Positions 20,064 to 30,589 are shown, counted from the stretch's first letter. The stretch is 64,000 nucleotides of DNA from Gammaproteobacteria bacterium (GCA_018819105.1 JAHJQV010000018.1:47787-111786), one strand, 5' to 3'. A program made the numbers and translations. The notes: generated from the letters alone by a model not told the origin.

Positions 20064-21518
20064 ATGAATCCAAAAACACTGCAAAGACTCACCGGGGTTC
20101 TGTTGTTGCTGTCTGGACTGTGGCTGTTGCCGCCAACCTTTGTGGCCTGGTATTACGATGGCCACATCGGCAGTTTGCCATTTGCTTCTTCTGCGCTGCT
20201 TGAGCTGCTGCTGGGTGTTGCGCTGTTCTGGCCATTGCGTGCAGAAAGCTCAGATCTGCGCGTGCGTGATGGCTTTCTGATTGTGGTCATTGCCTGGCTT
20301 GTGTTTGCCGTCAGCGGCGCGTTGCCGATGTGGCTGTTGAAAGATCCGCACATTGGCTTTGTGGATGGCATGTTTGAGGCCATGTCGGGACTCACCACCA
20401 CCGGCGCGACTGTGCTCACCGGTCTGGATGACATGCCACGCGGCCTGCTCTACCTGCGCTCGCAGCTGCAGTGGCTGGGCGGCATGGGCATCGTGGTACT
20501 GGCCGTGGCCATTCTGCCGATGCTGCGCATCGGTGGCATGCAGCTGTTCCGGGCCGAGACGCCGGGACCGATGAAAGATGCCAAACTGACACCACGCATC
20601 ACCGAAACGGCGAAAGCCCTGTGGCTGATTTATCTGGTCATCACCATCTGTTGCGCCATGGCCTACTGGGTCGCAGGCATGAGCCTGTTCGATGCTGTCA
20701 ATCACTCATTCACCACCATTCCCAGCGGCGGATTCAGCACCCATGACGATTCCATGGGCTTTTTTGACAGCGGCCTGATCGAATTCATCTGCATGGTGTT
20801 CATGTTCGTCGGCACCGTCAATTTTTCACTGCACTTCATATCCTGGCGCCAGATCAGCGTGCAGCATTACTTCAGAGACTCTGAATTGCGCGCCTACATG
20901 ATGCTTATCGCGCTGTTTATTGTCATCATCAGCCTCGATGTATACCGCCAGGGCATCGCGCCCGACATCATTGGCGCATTCCGACTCGGCGCATTCCAGA
21001 CTGTCTCGGCCATGACCACCACCGGTTTCTCTACCGAGAGCTTTTATCTGTGGCCGGGATTCAGTGCCCTGTTGCTGATTCTGATCAGCGTCATCGGTGC
21101 CAGTGCCGGCTCAACCGGAGGTGGCGTGAAGATCATCCGCGTACTGTTGCTGGGCAAGCAGGTTGCCAGGGAAATTCGGCAGCTGATTCACCCCCGTGCC
21201 GAGCTCACCATCAAGTACGGTGGCCGCGTCATCAGTGATGCAGTCATCAGCGCCGTATGGGCATTCTTTTTCATGTATTCGGCTACCATAGTGCTGGCCG
21301 GCTTTGTGCTGCACATGATCGGTCTCGACATCGTCACCGCCTTTTCGGCCACCATTGCCTGCATTACCAGCCTGGGCCCGGCATTGGGTGAGGCGGGACC
21401 CAATTTCATCAGTCTACCGGATTCTGCCAAGCTGATTCTGGCGCTGGTGATGCTGTTGGGCAGGCTTGAAATCTTCACCCTGCTGGTGCTGTTCATGCCG
21501 TCATTCTGGCAGGACTGA
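20064..21518 (+). CDS. trkH: Trk potassium uptake protein TrkH
   Basis: 484 aa polytopic membrane protein with TrkH motifs (SGLTTTGATV, MTTTGFST, GSTGGGVK). Confidence 0.9.
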   Translation: MNPKTLQRLTGVLLLLSGLWLLPPTFVAWYYDGHIGSLPFASSALLELLLGVALFWPLRAESSDLRVRDGFLIVVIAWLVFAVSGALPMWLLKDPHIGFVDGMFEAMSGLTTTGATVLTGLDDMPRGLLYLRSQLQWLGGMGIVVLAVAILPMLRIGGMQLFRAETPGPMKDAKLTPRITETAKALWLIYLVITICCAMAYWVAGMSLFDAVNHSFTTIPSGGFSTHDDSMGFFDSGLIEFICMVFMFVGTVNFSLHFISWRQISVQHYFRDSELRAYMMLIALFIVIISLDVYRQGIAPDIIGAFRLGAFQTVSAMTTTGFSTESFYLWPGFSALLLILISVIGASAGSTGGGVKIIRVLLLGKQVAREIRQLIHPRAELTIKYGGRVISDAVISAVWAFFFMYSATIVLAGFVLHMIGLDIVTAFSATIACITSLGPALGEAGPNFISLPDSAKLILALVMLLGRLEIFTLLVLFMPSFWQD

Positions 21519-21829
21519 TGGATCTGGCGGCACTGCAAAAGCTGATCGGCAGCGAGCGTGACGGTGCCATGCTGCGGCTGACGCTGGCACGCGCTCACCT
21601 GCAGCAGCAGCAGGCCGATGCCGCCATCGAGCAGCTGCAGCAGGCGCTGGCTTTCGATCCGGACTACACCGCAGCGTGGCAGCTGCTTGGTCAGGTGCAT
21701 GCCGACCAGGGCCATACGGACGCAGCACTGCAGGCCTGGCAACAGGGCCTGGCGGCCAGTGCCAGACGCGGTGACCAGCAGACCGGCAAGATGTTGCAGG
21801 TGTTTATTCGTCGCTTGCAGAAGCCTTAG
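21518..21829 (+). CDS. small TPR-like protein
   Basis: 103 aa. AIEQLQQALAFDPDYTAAWQLLGQVHADQGHTDAALQAWQQGL is a TPR-type repeat. The start overlaps the trkH stop (TGATG). Confidence 0.55.
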   Translation: MDLAALQKLIGSERDGAMLRLTLARAHLQQQQADAAIEQLQQALAFDPDYTAAWQLLGQVHADQGHTDAALQAWQQGLAASARRGDQQTGKMLQVFIRRLQKP

Positions 21830-21885
21830 CCCGGATTATTCATGACCCAAGCTACCGCGACTGTCGGGTCATGAATAATCCGGGC
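21829..21885. repeat. REP-like hairpin, short member of the family seen at 3112-3456
   Basis: gcccggattattcatgac (21829-21846) pairs with gtcatgaataatccgggc (21868-21885) around a 21-nt loop. It lies between two convergent genes and may act as a terminator. Confidence 0.7.
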
Positions 21886-21933
21886 GTAGCGACCATTTTT
21901 CCGGCGCTTTTCGTTATCCGCCGATTTCACCGA

Positions 21934-22806
21934 TTAATCTGATGGCTCAGACAGTAGCTGCCGATAACGATGGTAGGACCACTGATACTGCGCCGGAGCC
22001 AGTTTGGCGATGGCTTCGATGCCCTGATTCATTGCTGTCAGCGCCTGCAGCTGATCGCTGGCATACAGGGCCGGCGGGGCTGGCAACACATGCAGGGCAA
22101 AATGGCGGCGGTCGGGCAGTCGCCGGCAACCTGCAAAGACCACCTGAGCTGCGGTTTTCTGCTGCAGCCGCACCAGCAGCGTCATGGTGTTGGCCGGCTG
22201 ACCGAACAATGGGGCCAGCCTGCCGGCCCGTGGCGGTGGTGTCTGATCGGGCAGAATGCCGCCATAGCCGCGTCGCTGCAGCAAGCGTATGAACCCGGCG
22301 ATGCCGCGCCGGTTGGCGGGCAACACCTGGGTTCCGGCGCGGCCGCGATAACTGCTCAACCAGGCTTCCAGCGCGGCATTGCCCGGCGGCTTGTACAACA
22401 GACCGGTGGGCGCAAGCTGCTGCCCCAGATACAGACTGGCCAGCTCCCAGTTGCCGAAATGCGGAACCGCCACGATCACGCCATGACCGGCGCTGGCGGC
22501 CTGCTGCAGGTGCTCCCAGCCATGCACTTCGGTGATCAGTGCCAGCAGTCGTGGCAGTGACCAGTGCCAGGTGATGCCCAACTCCAGCAGGCTGTCGGCA
22601 CGATGCTGCAGATGCGCGCGCAACAGCGCAGCGGCGGCCTCCGGCGGAGGCTGCAGACAACGCCGGATGTTTTCGCGTGCCCGCCGTTGACGCCGGTTGG
22701 GCAGTCGCAGCAGCAGCCAGGTCAGCGCGTCGGCCAGCCGCAGACGCCAGCCTGCCGGCATGCTTGCCAGCAACTTCGTCAGCCACTGCAGCTGCTGCTG
22801 TTTCAT
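21934..22806 (-). CDS. LpxL/HtrB-family lipid A (lysophospholipid) acyltransferase
   Basis: ORF 21934..22899. Start chosen is MKQQQLQWLTKLL (22806). Acyltransferase motif AVPHFGNWELA. Confidence 0.7.
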   Translation of the reverse strand: MKQQQLQWLTKLLASMPAGWRLRLADALTWLLLRLPNRRQRRARENIRRCLQPPPEAAAALLRAHLQHRADSLLELGITWHWSLPRLLALITEVHGWEHLQQAASAGHGVIVAVPHFGNWELASLYLGQQLAPTGLLYKPPGNAALEAWLSSYRGRAGTQVLPANRRGIAGFIRLLQRRGYGGILPDQTPPPRAGRLAPLFGQPANTMTLLVRLQQKTAAQVVFAGCRRLPDRRHFALHVLPAPPALYASDQLQALTAMNQGIEAIAKLAPAQYQWSYHRYRQLLSEPSD

Positions 22807-22952
22807 CGTCGTCTGCGCCCCAGCGGCTTGTTTCCTCGCCAAGCGCTGGTCGACAGCACCCTGTGCCGGCTGTTCGGGACGCAGCCCGCCACGCGCCATC
22901 GGTCACACTGCAATGCAGTTAGAATTGATGCTGTCGTCACTGGAGATTGTCC

Positions 22953-23411
22953 ATGATTTTACTGTTGCAACGGGTCAACAGCGCCTCGGTCAGCGTTGAT
23001 GATAACTGCATTGCCGCCATCGGTGCCGGTATTCTCGTACTGTGTGGCTTTGAGCGTGGCGATGATGCCGACATGCTGCCACGCATGTGCGAGCGCCTGC
23101 TGAATTATCGGCTGTTCAGCGATACCGACGGCAAAATGAACCTGTCCGTCAAGGCTTGCGCCGGGGAGTTGCTGCTGGTACCGCAGTTCACGCTGGCGGC
23201 GGACACCGGCAAAGGCAACCGACCAGGATTTTCCACCGCTGCTGCGCCCCGGTTGGGTCGGGCGCTGTTTGTGCAGTTTGTGGAGCAGGTGCAAGCCCGC
23301 CACGCCGCCACCCAATGCGGTCGCTTCGGGGCGGATATGCAGGTGGCGCTGGTGAATGACGGGCCGGTCACCTTCTGGTTGCAGCAGTCGCCGCAGTCAC
23401 CTGACTGCTGA
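22953..23411 (+). CDS. dtd: D-aminoacyl-tRNA deacylase
   Basis: MILLLQRVNSASV..., SQFTLAADT-type motif (PQFTLAADTGKGNRPGFS), NDGPVTFWL. The ORF begins at 22947, but 22953 matches the family N-terminus. Confidence 0.9.
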   Translation: MILLLQRVNSASVSVDDNCIAAIGAGILVLCGFERGDDADMLPRMCERLLNYRLFSDTDGKMNLSVKACAGELLLVPQFTLAADTGKGNRPGFSTAAAPRLGRALFVQFVEQVQARHAATQCGRFGADMQVALVNDGPVTFWLQQSPQSPDC

Positions 23412-23414
23412 CGG

Positions 23415-23993
23415 TTACCTGTTGTTGTTGAAGTTCTGCGAAAACTGCTTCATGAAAAAGGTGCGCGACTCGGTGCTGGCGATGATTTCACCTTCACTGC
23501 TGACCAGCTCGGCCCGGAAGCTGTGCGTGCCGCGATCAATCTGCTGCAGCGTGGTCTGCAGCGTGCCCACGGTGGCCACTTTCTCATCATCCAGATAAAG
23601 GTTGATCTGCATGCCAGGACGCAGTTGCGGTTTGACTTCCAGCAGTACCGGCAGATCATTGCCGGTGCCCCAGAAGGTTTCTTCGTTTTGCGGGCTCAAA
23701 ATACCGATTTCCAGCGGCTGGCTGGCGGTTTCACCGCTGGAGATCGGATCCGGCTGGGCCTTCACCGTCTCGATGATGTTGCTTTCACGCAGCACGATCG
23801 GCTCGGCATCGGGGCTGGGGGGCTGATCGCTGTAGATGACATTGCCATCTTCATCCACCGATTTATAAATCTGGTTCTGCGCCAGCGCAGCAGCCTGCAG
23901 CAGCAGCAGCAATACACTGCACAGCAGCAGACGCACTACGCGGTGATCAACCCGGTACGGTGACCGGGTATCGTTGTTGCCGTGATGACTCAT
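23415..23993 (-). CDS. DUF4124-like secreted protein
   Basis: IYKSVDEDGNVIYSDQPP is the DUF4124 signature, following a signal peptide. Start is uncertain (ORF extends to 24080; MSHHGNN... at 23993 chosen). Confidence 0.55.
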   Translation of the reverse strand: MSHHGNNDTRSPYRVDHRVVRLLLCSVLLLLLQAAALAQNQIYKSVDEDGNVIYSDQPPSPDAEPIVLRESNIIETVKAQPDPISSGETASQPLEIGILSPQNEETFWGTGNDLPVLLEVKPQLRPGMQINLYLDDEKVATVGTLQTTLQQIDRGTHSFRAELVSSEGEIIASTESRTFFMKQFSQNFNNNR

Positions 23994-24092
23994 GGCTTGC
24001 TTCCTCATGCACTCAGGCAAGGTGTTGTCATGTTTGACCACATCCGGCGCACAGGATTGCATGTCAGGCTGGATGGACAATGGATGTCACGC

Positions 24093-25502
24093 TCAGATGG
24101 AATAATACATCTCGAATTCCAGCGGATGGGTGGTCATGCGCATGCGCAGCACATCCTGGGTCTTCAATGCGATGTAACCGTCAATCAGATCGTCGCTGAA
24201 CACATCACCGGCCTTGAGGAAGTCGCGATCCTGATCCAGCGCCTGCAGCGCTTGTTCCAGGCTGCCGGCCACGCTTGGCAGGTTCTTTTCCTCTTCCGGC
24301 GGCAGATCATACAGGTCCTTGTCCATCGGCTCACCCGGATGTATGCGGTTGGCGATGCCGTCAAGACCGGCCATCATCATCGCGGCAAACATCAGGTACG
24401 GGCTGCCGGCCGCGTCGCCAAAGCGGATCTCGATGCGGCGGCCTTTGGGGTTGCTGACCCATGGAATGCGGCAGGAGGCGGAGCGGTTGCGCGCGGAGTA
24501 GGCCAGCGCCACCGGTGCTTCGAAACCTTTCACCAGCCGCTTGTAGCTGTTGGTGGTGGAGTTGGCAAAGGCGTTGATGGCATGGGCATGCTTGAAGATG
24601 CCGCCGATGTAGTGCAGCGCGGTTTCCGACAGGCCGCCATAGCCGTCGCCGGCAAACAGGTTTTGTCCACCTTTGGACAATGACTGATGCACGTGCATGC
24701 CGCTGCCGTTGTCACCCACCACCGGCTTCGGCATGAAAGTGGCCGTGTGGCCAAACTGATGTGCAGTATTGCGCACCACGTACTTGAACATGGTCATTTC
24801 ATCGGCCTTGCGCGTCAGCGAATTGAAGCGCGTGCCGATCTCGCACTGACCGGCCGTGCCGACTTCGTGGTGATGCACTTCCACGCCGACGCCGATGTCT
24901 TCCAGAATGCGACACATGGTGCTGCGCAGATCGGACAGCGAATCAGACGGCGACACCGGAAAATACCCGCCCTTGACGCCGGGCCGGTGGCCTGAGTTGC
25001 CCTCCGGATACTCGGCATCTGAACTCCACGCCGCCTCCATCGATTCAATCGCGTACATGCAACCCTGCATGGCCACCTTCCAGCGCACCGAGTCGAACAC
25101 GAAGAACTCCGGCTCCGGCCCGAAATAGGCGGCATCGGCCACGCCGCTGGCCTGTAGCCAGGCCTCGGCGCGCTTGGCCACGGAACGCGGGCAGCGGCTG
25201 TAGGCTTCCATGGTGTTGGGTTCGAGCACATCACAGCGCAGCACCAGCGTGGTGTGCTCGGAAAACGGATCCAGATAGGTGGATTCGGTGTCCGGCATCA
25301 GCACCATGTCCGATTCATTGATGCCTTTCCAGCCGGAAATCGACGAGCCATCGAACATCTTGCCATCGACCAGCAGATCCTCGTCGATTTCGCTGACCGG
25401 CAGCGTGACATGGTGCTCCTTGCCCAGGGTATCGGCAAAACGCAGATCGACAAAGGCGACCTCATCGGTCTTGATCTGTTCCAGAATGGCTTCGGCGGAC
25501 AT
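24093..25502 (-). CDS. glnA: glutamine synthetase type I
   Basis: 469 aa with canonical GSI motifs ([30 protein letters not shown], the adenylylation-region [11 protein letters not shown]). Confidence 0.95.
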   Translation of the reverse strand: MSAEAILEQIKTDEVAFVDLRFADTLGKEHHVTLPVSEIDEDLLVDGKMFDGSSISGWKGINESDMVLMPDTESTYLDPFSEHTTLVLRCDVLEPNTMEAYSRCPRSVAKRAEAWLQASGVADAAYFGPEPEFFVFDSVRWKVAMQGCMYAIESMEAAWSSDAEYPEGNSGHRPGVKGGYFPVSPSDSLSDLRSTMCRILEDIGVGVEVHHHEVGTAGQCEIGTRFNSLTRKADEMTMFKYVVRNTAHQFGHTATFMPKPVVGDNGSGMHVHQSLSKGGQNLFAGDGYGGLSETALHYIGGIFKHAHAINAFANSTTNSYKRLVKGFEAPVALAYSARNRSASCRIPWVSNPKGRRIEIRFGDAAGSPYLMFAAMMMAGLDGIANRIHPGEPMDKDLYDLPPEEEKNLPSVAGSLEQALQALDQDRDFLKAGDVFSDDLIDGYIALKTQDVLRMRMTTHPLEFEMYYSI

Positions 25503-25531
25503 GGTGTTAACTCCTCAGGTTGGGTGTGCGA

Positions 25532-26980
25532 TCAAAATGAAAACCGACTGATGAACTGATCCACCGGCATGTCATCCAGGCTCTCCGGCTGTGCCAGCAT
25601 GGCCGTGATGGCCTGCGCCTGGCGTGCCGGGTAATGCTGCTCGATGGCCTGCTTGAACTTGCTGCGCAGCACCGGGATGCCCTCATCTCGACGGCGTCGG
25701 TGGCCAATCGGATAATCCATGGCAACCCGTTCACTGCTGCTGCCATCAGCATAAAAGATTTGCACCGCGTTGCCAATGGCGCGCTTGTCCGGGTCGAAAT
25801 AATCTTTCGTGAACTGCGGGTTTTCCGACACCTGCATTTTGTCACGCAACTGGTCGATGCGCGCGTCGGCAGCGTGCGCATCGCTGTAGCTGTCGGCGCT
25901 CAGCTGACCGCTGATCAACGGCACCGCCACCATGTACTGAATGCAGTGGTCTCGGTCGGCGTAATTGTCCAGCGGCCCGGTCTTGTTGATGATGCGATTG
26001 CCGGCTTCCTGGGTCTCGATGACGATGCGCTCGATCTGATCAAGGCGATCCTTGACCTGCGGGTGCAGCATCATGGCACATTCCACCGCAGTCTGGGCAT
26101 GGAATTCGGCCGGGAACGACAGCTTGAACAAAATGTTTTCCATCACGTAGCTGCCGAGTTCGCGCTGCAGCGTGATCGGCTTGCCCGCAAACAACACATC
26201 CTGAAAACCCCAGGTTATCGCCGACAGCGCCGATGGATAACCCATTTCGCCACGCTGTGCGAGCAGCGCCAGCGTGACGGCGCGGCGACAGGCGTCACCG
26301 GCGGCCCAGCTCTTGCGCGAGCCGGTATTGGGCGCATGCCGGTAGGTGCGCAGGGCACCGCCATCGACCCAGGCATTGCTGACGGCGTTGATGACATCGT
26401 CGCGACTGCCACCCAGCATGTGCGTGATCACCGCCGTGGAGGCCACCCGCACCAGCAGCACATGATCCAGACCGACGCGATTGAAACTGTTGTCCAGCGC
26501 CAGTACGCCCTGGATTTCATGCGCCTTGATCGCCGCAGTGAAGACTTCCCGCATGGTCAATGGTGCCTCACCGAGGGCGCGACGCTGCTGGCTGAGGTAA
26601 TCGGCCACTGCCAGAATGCTGCCGAGGTTGTCGGATGGGTGTCCCCATTCGGCCGCCAGCCAGGTGTCATTGAAATCCAGATAGCGGATGAGCACACCGA
26701 TGTTGAAAGCACCCTGTACCGGATCCAGCCGGTACGCGGTGCCGGGGACACGGCAACCCTGTGCCAGGTCGGCACCCGGCACCAGTGGCCCGAGCAGCTT
26801 GACGCATTCCGGAAAGCGCATCGCCAGCGCGGCACAGGCGAGGCTGTCCAGCACGCAGTAGCGGGCGGTCGAGTAAGCCAGATCGCTGTCGATCTGATGC
26901 TGGCAGGTGTAGTCGGCGATCTGCTGGATGATGTCGTCGACAGGCGGGCGTTGGGCCGCGGTGATGTCCGGTGAGCTCAT
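25532..26980 (-). CDS. prpD: 2-methylcitrate dehydratase
   Basis: 482 aa MmgE/PrpD family with end-to-end resemblance to PrpD (DYTCQ..., SWAAGDA, HCIQYMVAV). Confidence 0.9.
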   Translation of the reverse strand: MSSPDITAAQRPPVDDIIQQIADYTCQHQIDSDLAYSTARYCVLDSLACAALAMRFPECVKLLGPLVPGADLAQGCRVPGTAYRLDPVQGAFNIGVLIRYLDFNDTWLAAEWGHPSDNLGSILAVADYLSQQRRALGEAPLTMREVFTAAIKAHEIQGVLALDNSFNRVGLDHVLLVRVASTAVITHMLGGSRDDVINAVSNAWVDGGALRTYRHAPNTGSRKSWAAGDACRRAVTLALLAQRGEMGYPSALSAITWGFQDVLFAGKPITLQRELGSYVMENILFKLSFPAEFHAQTAVECAMMLHPQVKDRLDQIERIVIETQEAGNRIINKTGPLDNYADRDHCIQYMVAVPLISGQLSADSYSDAHAADARIDQLRDKMQVSENPQFTKDYFDPDKRAIGNAVQIFYADGSSSERVAMDYPIGHRRRRDEGIPVLRSKFKQAIEQHYPARQAQAITAMLAQPESLDDMPVDQFISRFSF

Positions 26981-27072
26981 GATGCTGAATGTCTGTGCTG
27001 AAAAACCGACATTTTATCATGCGCTGGCTGCGCACTTTTGCCTCCCATCAGGTCACCGCGTTCTGTCAGCAC

Positions 27073-27102
27073 AAAAAAAGCCGGCCGCATGATGCGGCCG
27101 GC
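27073..27102 (-). terminator. rho-independent terminator of the TonB-dependent receptor gene
   Basis: On the minus strand a 10-bp GC stem, gccggccgca (27080-27089) / tgcggccggc (27093-27102), with a 3-nt loop, is followed by a T7 run (plus-strand a7 at 27073-27079). Confidence 0.7.
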
Positions 27103-27132
27103 TGAACGGGCTAAGCTTTGTTGGTTTTGTTA

Positions 27133-30100
27133 TCAGAAGCGGTAGCGCAGACCCAACTGGGCGGCCCAGCGAGACTGACCCGGAATGGTGTCCACCAGCG
27201 ACAGTGCATTTGCACGGTCATCACCCGGGGTGTAGTTGAACAGCGGCAGGCCGGTGTCCTGATCGATGCCTCGGAAGTTGACCACTTCAGAGACAAACTC
27301 GAACGGTACCTCGTTGATCAGACCCCAGTCGGAATCGATCATGTTGAGGAAGTTCTCCACCGAGAAGAACGCTTCCAGCATGCCGAAGCGACCGATGTCG
27401 ATCTGCTGGATGAAGTTGATGTCCAGCGTTTCCACGGTCGGGCTGCGATCGGAATTGCGGCCAACCACGCCACCCTGGGCTGCTGCCAGCACCGGGTTGG
27501 CAGCGACCAGATCAAAGAATGCTGCTTCACCTACCGGGTCAGCATTGCCATCGCGATCCACAAAGATGGCTTCGCCTGGGTTCGGTACGAACAGCAGATC
27601 GTTGTCGGAGATGCGGTCGCCGTTGGCGTCGTTGTCAAACACCCACGAGAACGGACGACCTGAGCGGTGCTCGAAGAACAGGCTGACGATGGTGTTGCCG
27701 AAGCCGAAGAAGTCCTTGGTGTAATCCAGACGGAAGGTCCAGCGGTTCTTGATCTCGTAGTTGGCGGTGGCGCTGATGTCTTCGTTCGGGTTGAACACGG
27801 CGCGGTTGTTCCAGTTCGAGATGGCACGGCTGGAGGTACCGGAGTTGACGTCATCGGCATCGGTGCGTGAGTAGGCAGCCACGGCACCGAGGCGTCCGAA
27901 TGCACCCGACCAGCTGTTGCGCAGTGACGCCGACAGGTTGGTGCGCGTACCCTTGCCGGTGTTGCGCAGCAACAGCACGTCGTTGAAATCACGATCACGG
28001 TTGGCACGCGGACCGCTGGCGGTGGCGATGTCTTCAAAGAACACGTCACGGCCATCCGGCAGCTGACCGGTGGGCGCGCCCAGGTTCAGGTGTGAATAGG
28101 CGATGCCATTGGTGACCCAGGCCTGATCCAGTTCCACCGAGAAAGTTGAACCAGCAAGGAAGTCCAGCTCAATATCGACACCGAAATTGGCCTTGACCTC
28201 GGTCGGCGGGGTGAAATCTTCTTCAGAAGCATCGACGTCCTGAGCACCACCGGCGACTGCTCCAATGTTGAAGTTTTCCAGTGCCTGCGGATCCGGGTTG
28301 ATGAAGAAATTCGGATCCAGATCGAGACACTGGGTGTTGCCAGCGTCGGTAGGGCTGCTGCTGCCGCACTGGAACACGCGGATGGTGTCGCCGGTGTTGG
28401 TGAATGAGTTGGACACCCACACACCCGGCTGACGGCCACGGAAGATGCCGACACTGCCGCGGAACTGGGTCTTCAGATCCCAATCCGGCTGCCAGTTGAA
28501 GCCAATGCGCGGTTGCAGAATGGTGCTGTCCAGGGTGCCGGTGTTGGCAAAGCCGAAGGCATCGTTGAACAGCGGGTTGAAGGTCGGGGTGTCATCCGAG
28601 CTGATGCCCTCGATGCGGAACCCATATACCACATTGAAAGTGTCGGTAACTTTCCAGGAATCCTGGGCAAAGAAGCCGAGGATGTCGAAATCCCAGACGG
28701 TGCGCGCGTCGTCGATGTTGCCGGTGGTGGGCAGACGCTGCTGGAAGAAGGCACCGGTGTTGCCGTTCTCGAAATCGTCGATGCTGGCAAAGTTGAACTG
28801 ACCCAGGGCACCGAACAGGAACAGATTGTCGTTTTCTTCGCGGGTCCAGTCCACACCAAAATCGATGGTGTGGTCACCGGCGAAGTAGGAGCCTTTCCAG
28901 AACACGCTCTGGGTATCCACCTGCAGCGCATTGGCCTGACGGAACAGTTCGGTACCGAAGGTGACGGCACCGCCGCCTGAGGTTTCCACGCTCACCTGCG
29001 GTGAGATGGTCGGAATCTCAAAAGCGGTTTCATAATCGGTGTAGACGGCGCGGAATTCGCTGGAGAAGTTTGACGACCAGTCACTGAACAGCTGCACCGT
29101 GTAGGAATCAAATTTGCGGTCTTCGTTATAGAAGTTGGAGCTCAGACGGGCATCGTTGAATGAACCCAGATTGGAGTCGTTACCGCGGCTGCGCGAGTAG
29201 CGGAAGCTGGCGCGCTGACCTTCGGCGATGTTCCAGTCCAGTTTGCCCATCCAGCGCTCGTCCTGCAGGCCCACCGATGACAATGGTGCCAGCGGATTAA
29301 AGCCGAAACCCTGTGCAATGTTGATCACCCGCAGCAGGTCTTCGGCGCTGACATCACTGCCTCCATTGACCAGACCTTCGAGATTGGCCGGGGTGCCATC
29401 TGGCACGTTGGCAAACAGGGCACCGTCAAAATCAAACTTTTCATAGCCGACGAAGAAGAACAGCTTGTCCTTGATGATCGGACCGCTGACCTGACCACCG
29501 AAAATCTTTTCTTCAAAATCTGAGGCGCGGCTGCCGTTCAGCTTGCCGGTGAAGCCTTCATCACGGTAGTAGAACTTGCCCTGGGCTTGATACTCGTTGG
29601 TACCGGACTTGGTCACCGCGTTGATGAAACCGGCGGTAGAGTTGGTCTGGCTGACATCCACCGGCGAGACCTGCACCACCAGCTGCTCCAGCCAGTCAAT
29701 CGAGATCGGCTGACCGGTGGACGGCTGACCGTTTGAATTGAGGCCGAAGTTGTCGTTGGTGGCAACACCATCGATCAGCAGGTTGTTGAAGCGGGTGTTG
29801 GCACCGCCGATGGAGATTTCCTGACGCTGCTTGTCCTGCGAGGTCACCCGCGGGTCGAAGCGGGCGAAATCGTTGATCGAGCGCGACACCGAGGCATAGC
29901 TTTCCAATTCGAAACGCTCGATGACGGTGCCGTTGCCGATCTTGTCCGGATCAAACACCGGATTGATCGCGCCGCCCACCACTTCCAGCGCATCAAGTTC
30001 GGCAGAACCCGACGCCAGTGCGAAATTCAGCGATACCGGCTGACCCAGCTGCGTGCTAACGCCTTCCAGCACTTCGGCCTGGTAACCTTCGCTGGTCACG

Positions 30101-30351
30101 GTGACAGAAAACGGTCCGCCAACACGCAGTCCGCGGGCGTCAAAACGGCCGGTTTCCTGCGTAACAGCAACTGACACGGTGCCGGTCGGCACGTGTACAA
30201 TCATGACCTCAGCACCTTCCACCGGTTGACCGTCTTCGGTGGTGACGGTGCCGTTGATCTGAGTCGATACGATCTGTGCCTGCACCATGCTGCAGCCCAC
30301 GGCCAGCAGCAAGCCGAGCAGCAGCCTGGAGTCAACGAATCTCTTGAACAT
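27133..30351 (-). CDS. TonB-dependent receptor, Oar-like (carboxypeptidase-regulatory-like N-domain)
   Basis: 1072 aa with a signal peptide. N-terminal domain INGTVTTEDGQPVEGAEVMIVHVPTG, plug and barrel, C-terminal ...LGLRYRF. ATG 30351 has GAGG 6 nt upstream; the track ORF starts at TTG 30357. Confidence 0.9.
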   Translation of the reverse strand: MFKRFVDSRLLLGLLLAVGCSMVQAQIVSTQINGTVTTEDGQPVEGAEVMIVHVPTGTVSVAVTQETGRFDARGLRVGGPFSVTVTSEGYQAEVLEGVSTQLGQPVSLNFALASGSAELDALEVVGGAINPVFDPDKIGNGTVIERFELESYASVSRSINDFARFDPRVTSQDKQRQEISIGGANTRFNNLLIDGVATNDNFGLNSNGQPSTGQPISIDWLEQLVVQVSPVDVSQTNSTAGFINAVTKSGTNEYQAQGKFYYRDEGFTGKLNGSRASDFEEKIFGGQVSGPIIKDKLFFFVGYEKFDFDGALFANVPDGTPANLEGLVNGGSDVSAEDLLRVINIAQGFGFNPLAPLSSVGLQDERWMGKLDWNIAEGQRASFRYSRSRGNDSNLGSFNDARLSSNFYNEDRKFDSYTVQLFSDWSSNFSSEFRAVYTDYETAFEIPTISPQVSVETSGGGAVTFGTELFRQANALQVDTQSVFWKGSYFAGDHTIDFGVDWTREENDNLFLFGALGQFNFASIDDFENGNTGAFFQQRLPTTGNIDDARTVWDFDILGFFAQDSWKVTDTFNVVYGFRIEGISSDDTPTFNPLFNDAFGFANTGTLDSTILQPRIGFNWQPDWDLKTQFRGSVGIFRGRQPGVWVSNSFTNTGDTIRVFQCGSSSPTDAGNTQCLDLDPNFFINPDPQALENFNIGAVAGGAQDVDASEEDFTPPTEVKANFGVDIELDFLAGSTFSVELDQAWVTNGIAYSHLNLGAPTGQLPDGRDVFFEDIATASGPRANRDRDFNDVLLLRNTGKGTRTNLSASLRNSWSGAFGRLGAVAAYSRTDADDVNSGTSSRAISNWNNRAVFNPNEDISATANYEIKNRWTFRLDYTKDFFGFGNTIVSLFFEHRSGRPFSWVFDNDANGDRISDNDLLFVPNPGEAIFVDRDGNADPVGEAAFFDLVAANPVLAAAQGGVVGRNSDRSPTVETLDINFIQQIDIGRFGMLEAFFSVENFLNMIDSDWGLINEVPFEFVSEVVNFRGIDQDTGLPLFNYTPGDDRANALSLVDTIPGQSRWAAQLGLRYRF

Positions 30352-30449
30352 GTCCAACCTCTGAGTTTTGGAAAGAAAACAATGCCAGATGGCAAACTGA
30401 TTAGAAGGCGTATTAAACGATTGTTAAGTTACAACAGTATGCCAGTTTC

Positions 30450-30467
30450 ATGACACTTTTATGACAG
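30450..30467 (-). promoter_or_regulatory. Pho box upstream of the TonB-dependent receptor gene
   Basis: The minus strand reads CTGTCATAAAAGTGTCAT, 17 of 18 matches to the E. coli-type consensus CTGTCATA(A/T)A(T/A)CTGTCA(C/T). It lies about 100 nt upstream of the start codon. Confidence 0.6.
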
Positions 30468-30503
30468 CGACAGACGGCTCGTGCGCTTGGCATGAAAGGC
30501 CCG

Positions 30504-30538
30504 CTGTCATAATGTAAAGATGATCAGAATGTTATGAT
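30504..30538 (+). promoter_or_regulatory. possible Pho box plus -10 for the PhoD-like gene
   Basis: CTGTCATAATGTAAAGAT (first half-site perfect, second weak), then an 11-nt spacer, then TATGAT (30533-30538). The start codon is at 30590. Confidence 0.4.
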
Positions 30539-30589
30539 CACTTTTTGACAACGATGGCAGGTTTGCTGCCGTTATCCTGAGGTGCTTTC

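Noticed and set aside
21947-22906. 319-aa minus-strand ORF in an alternative frame over the acyltransferase gene
   Set aside because: The other frame (21934..22806) carries the PHFGNWEL acyltransferase motif. This one is Ala/Arg/Gly-rich with no motif.
25503-25700. Sigma-54 (TGGCAC-N5-TTGCA) promoter for glnA in or near the 29-bp prpD-glnA spacer
   Set aside because: I could not find a convincing -24/-12 element on the minus strand by eye. A matrix scan would be needed before making any claim.
25634-26974. 446-aa plus-strand ORF
   Set aside because: Antisense to prpD, with no recognisable motifs. A mirror-frame artefact.
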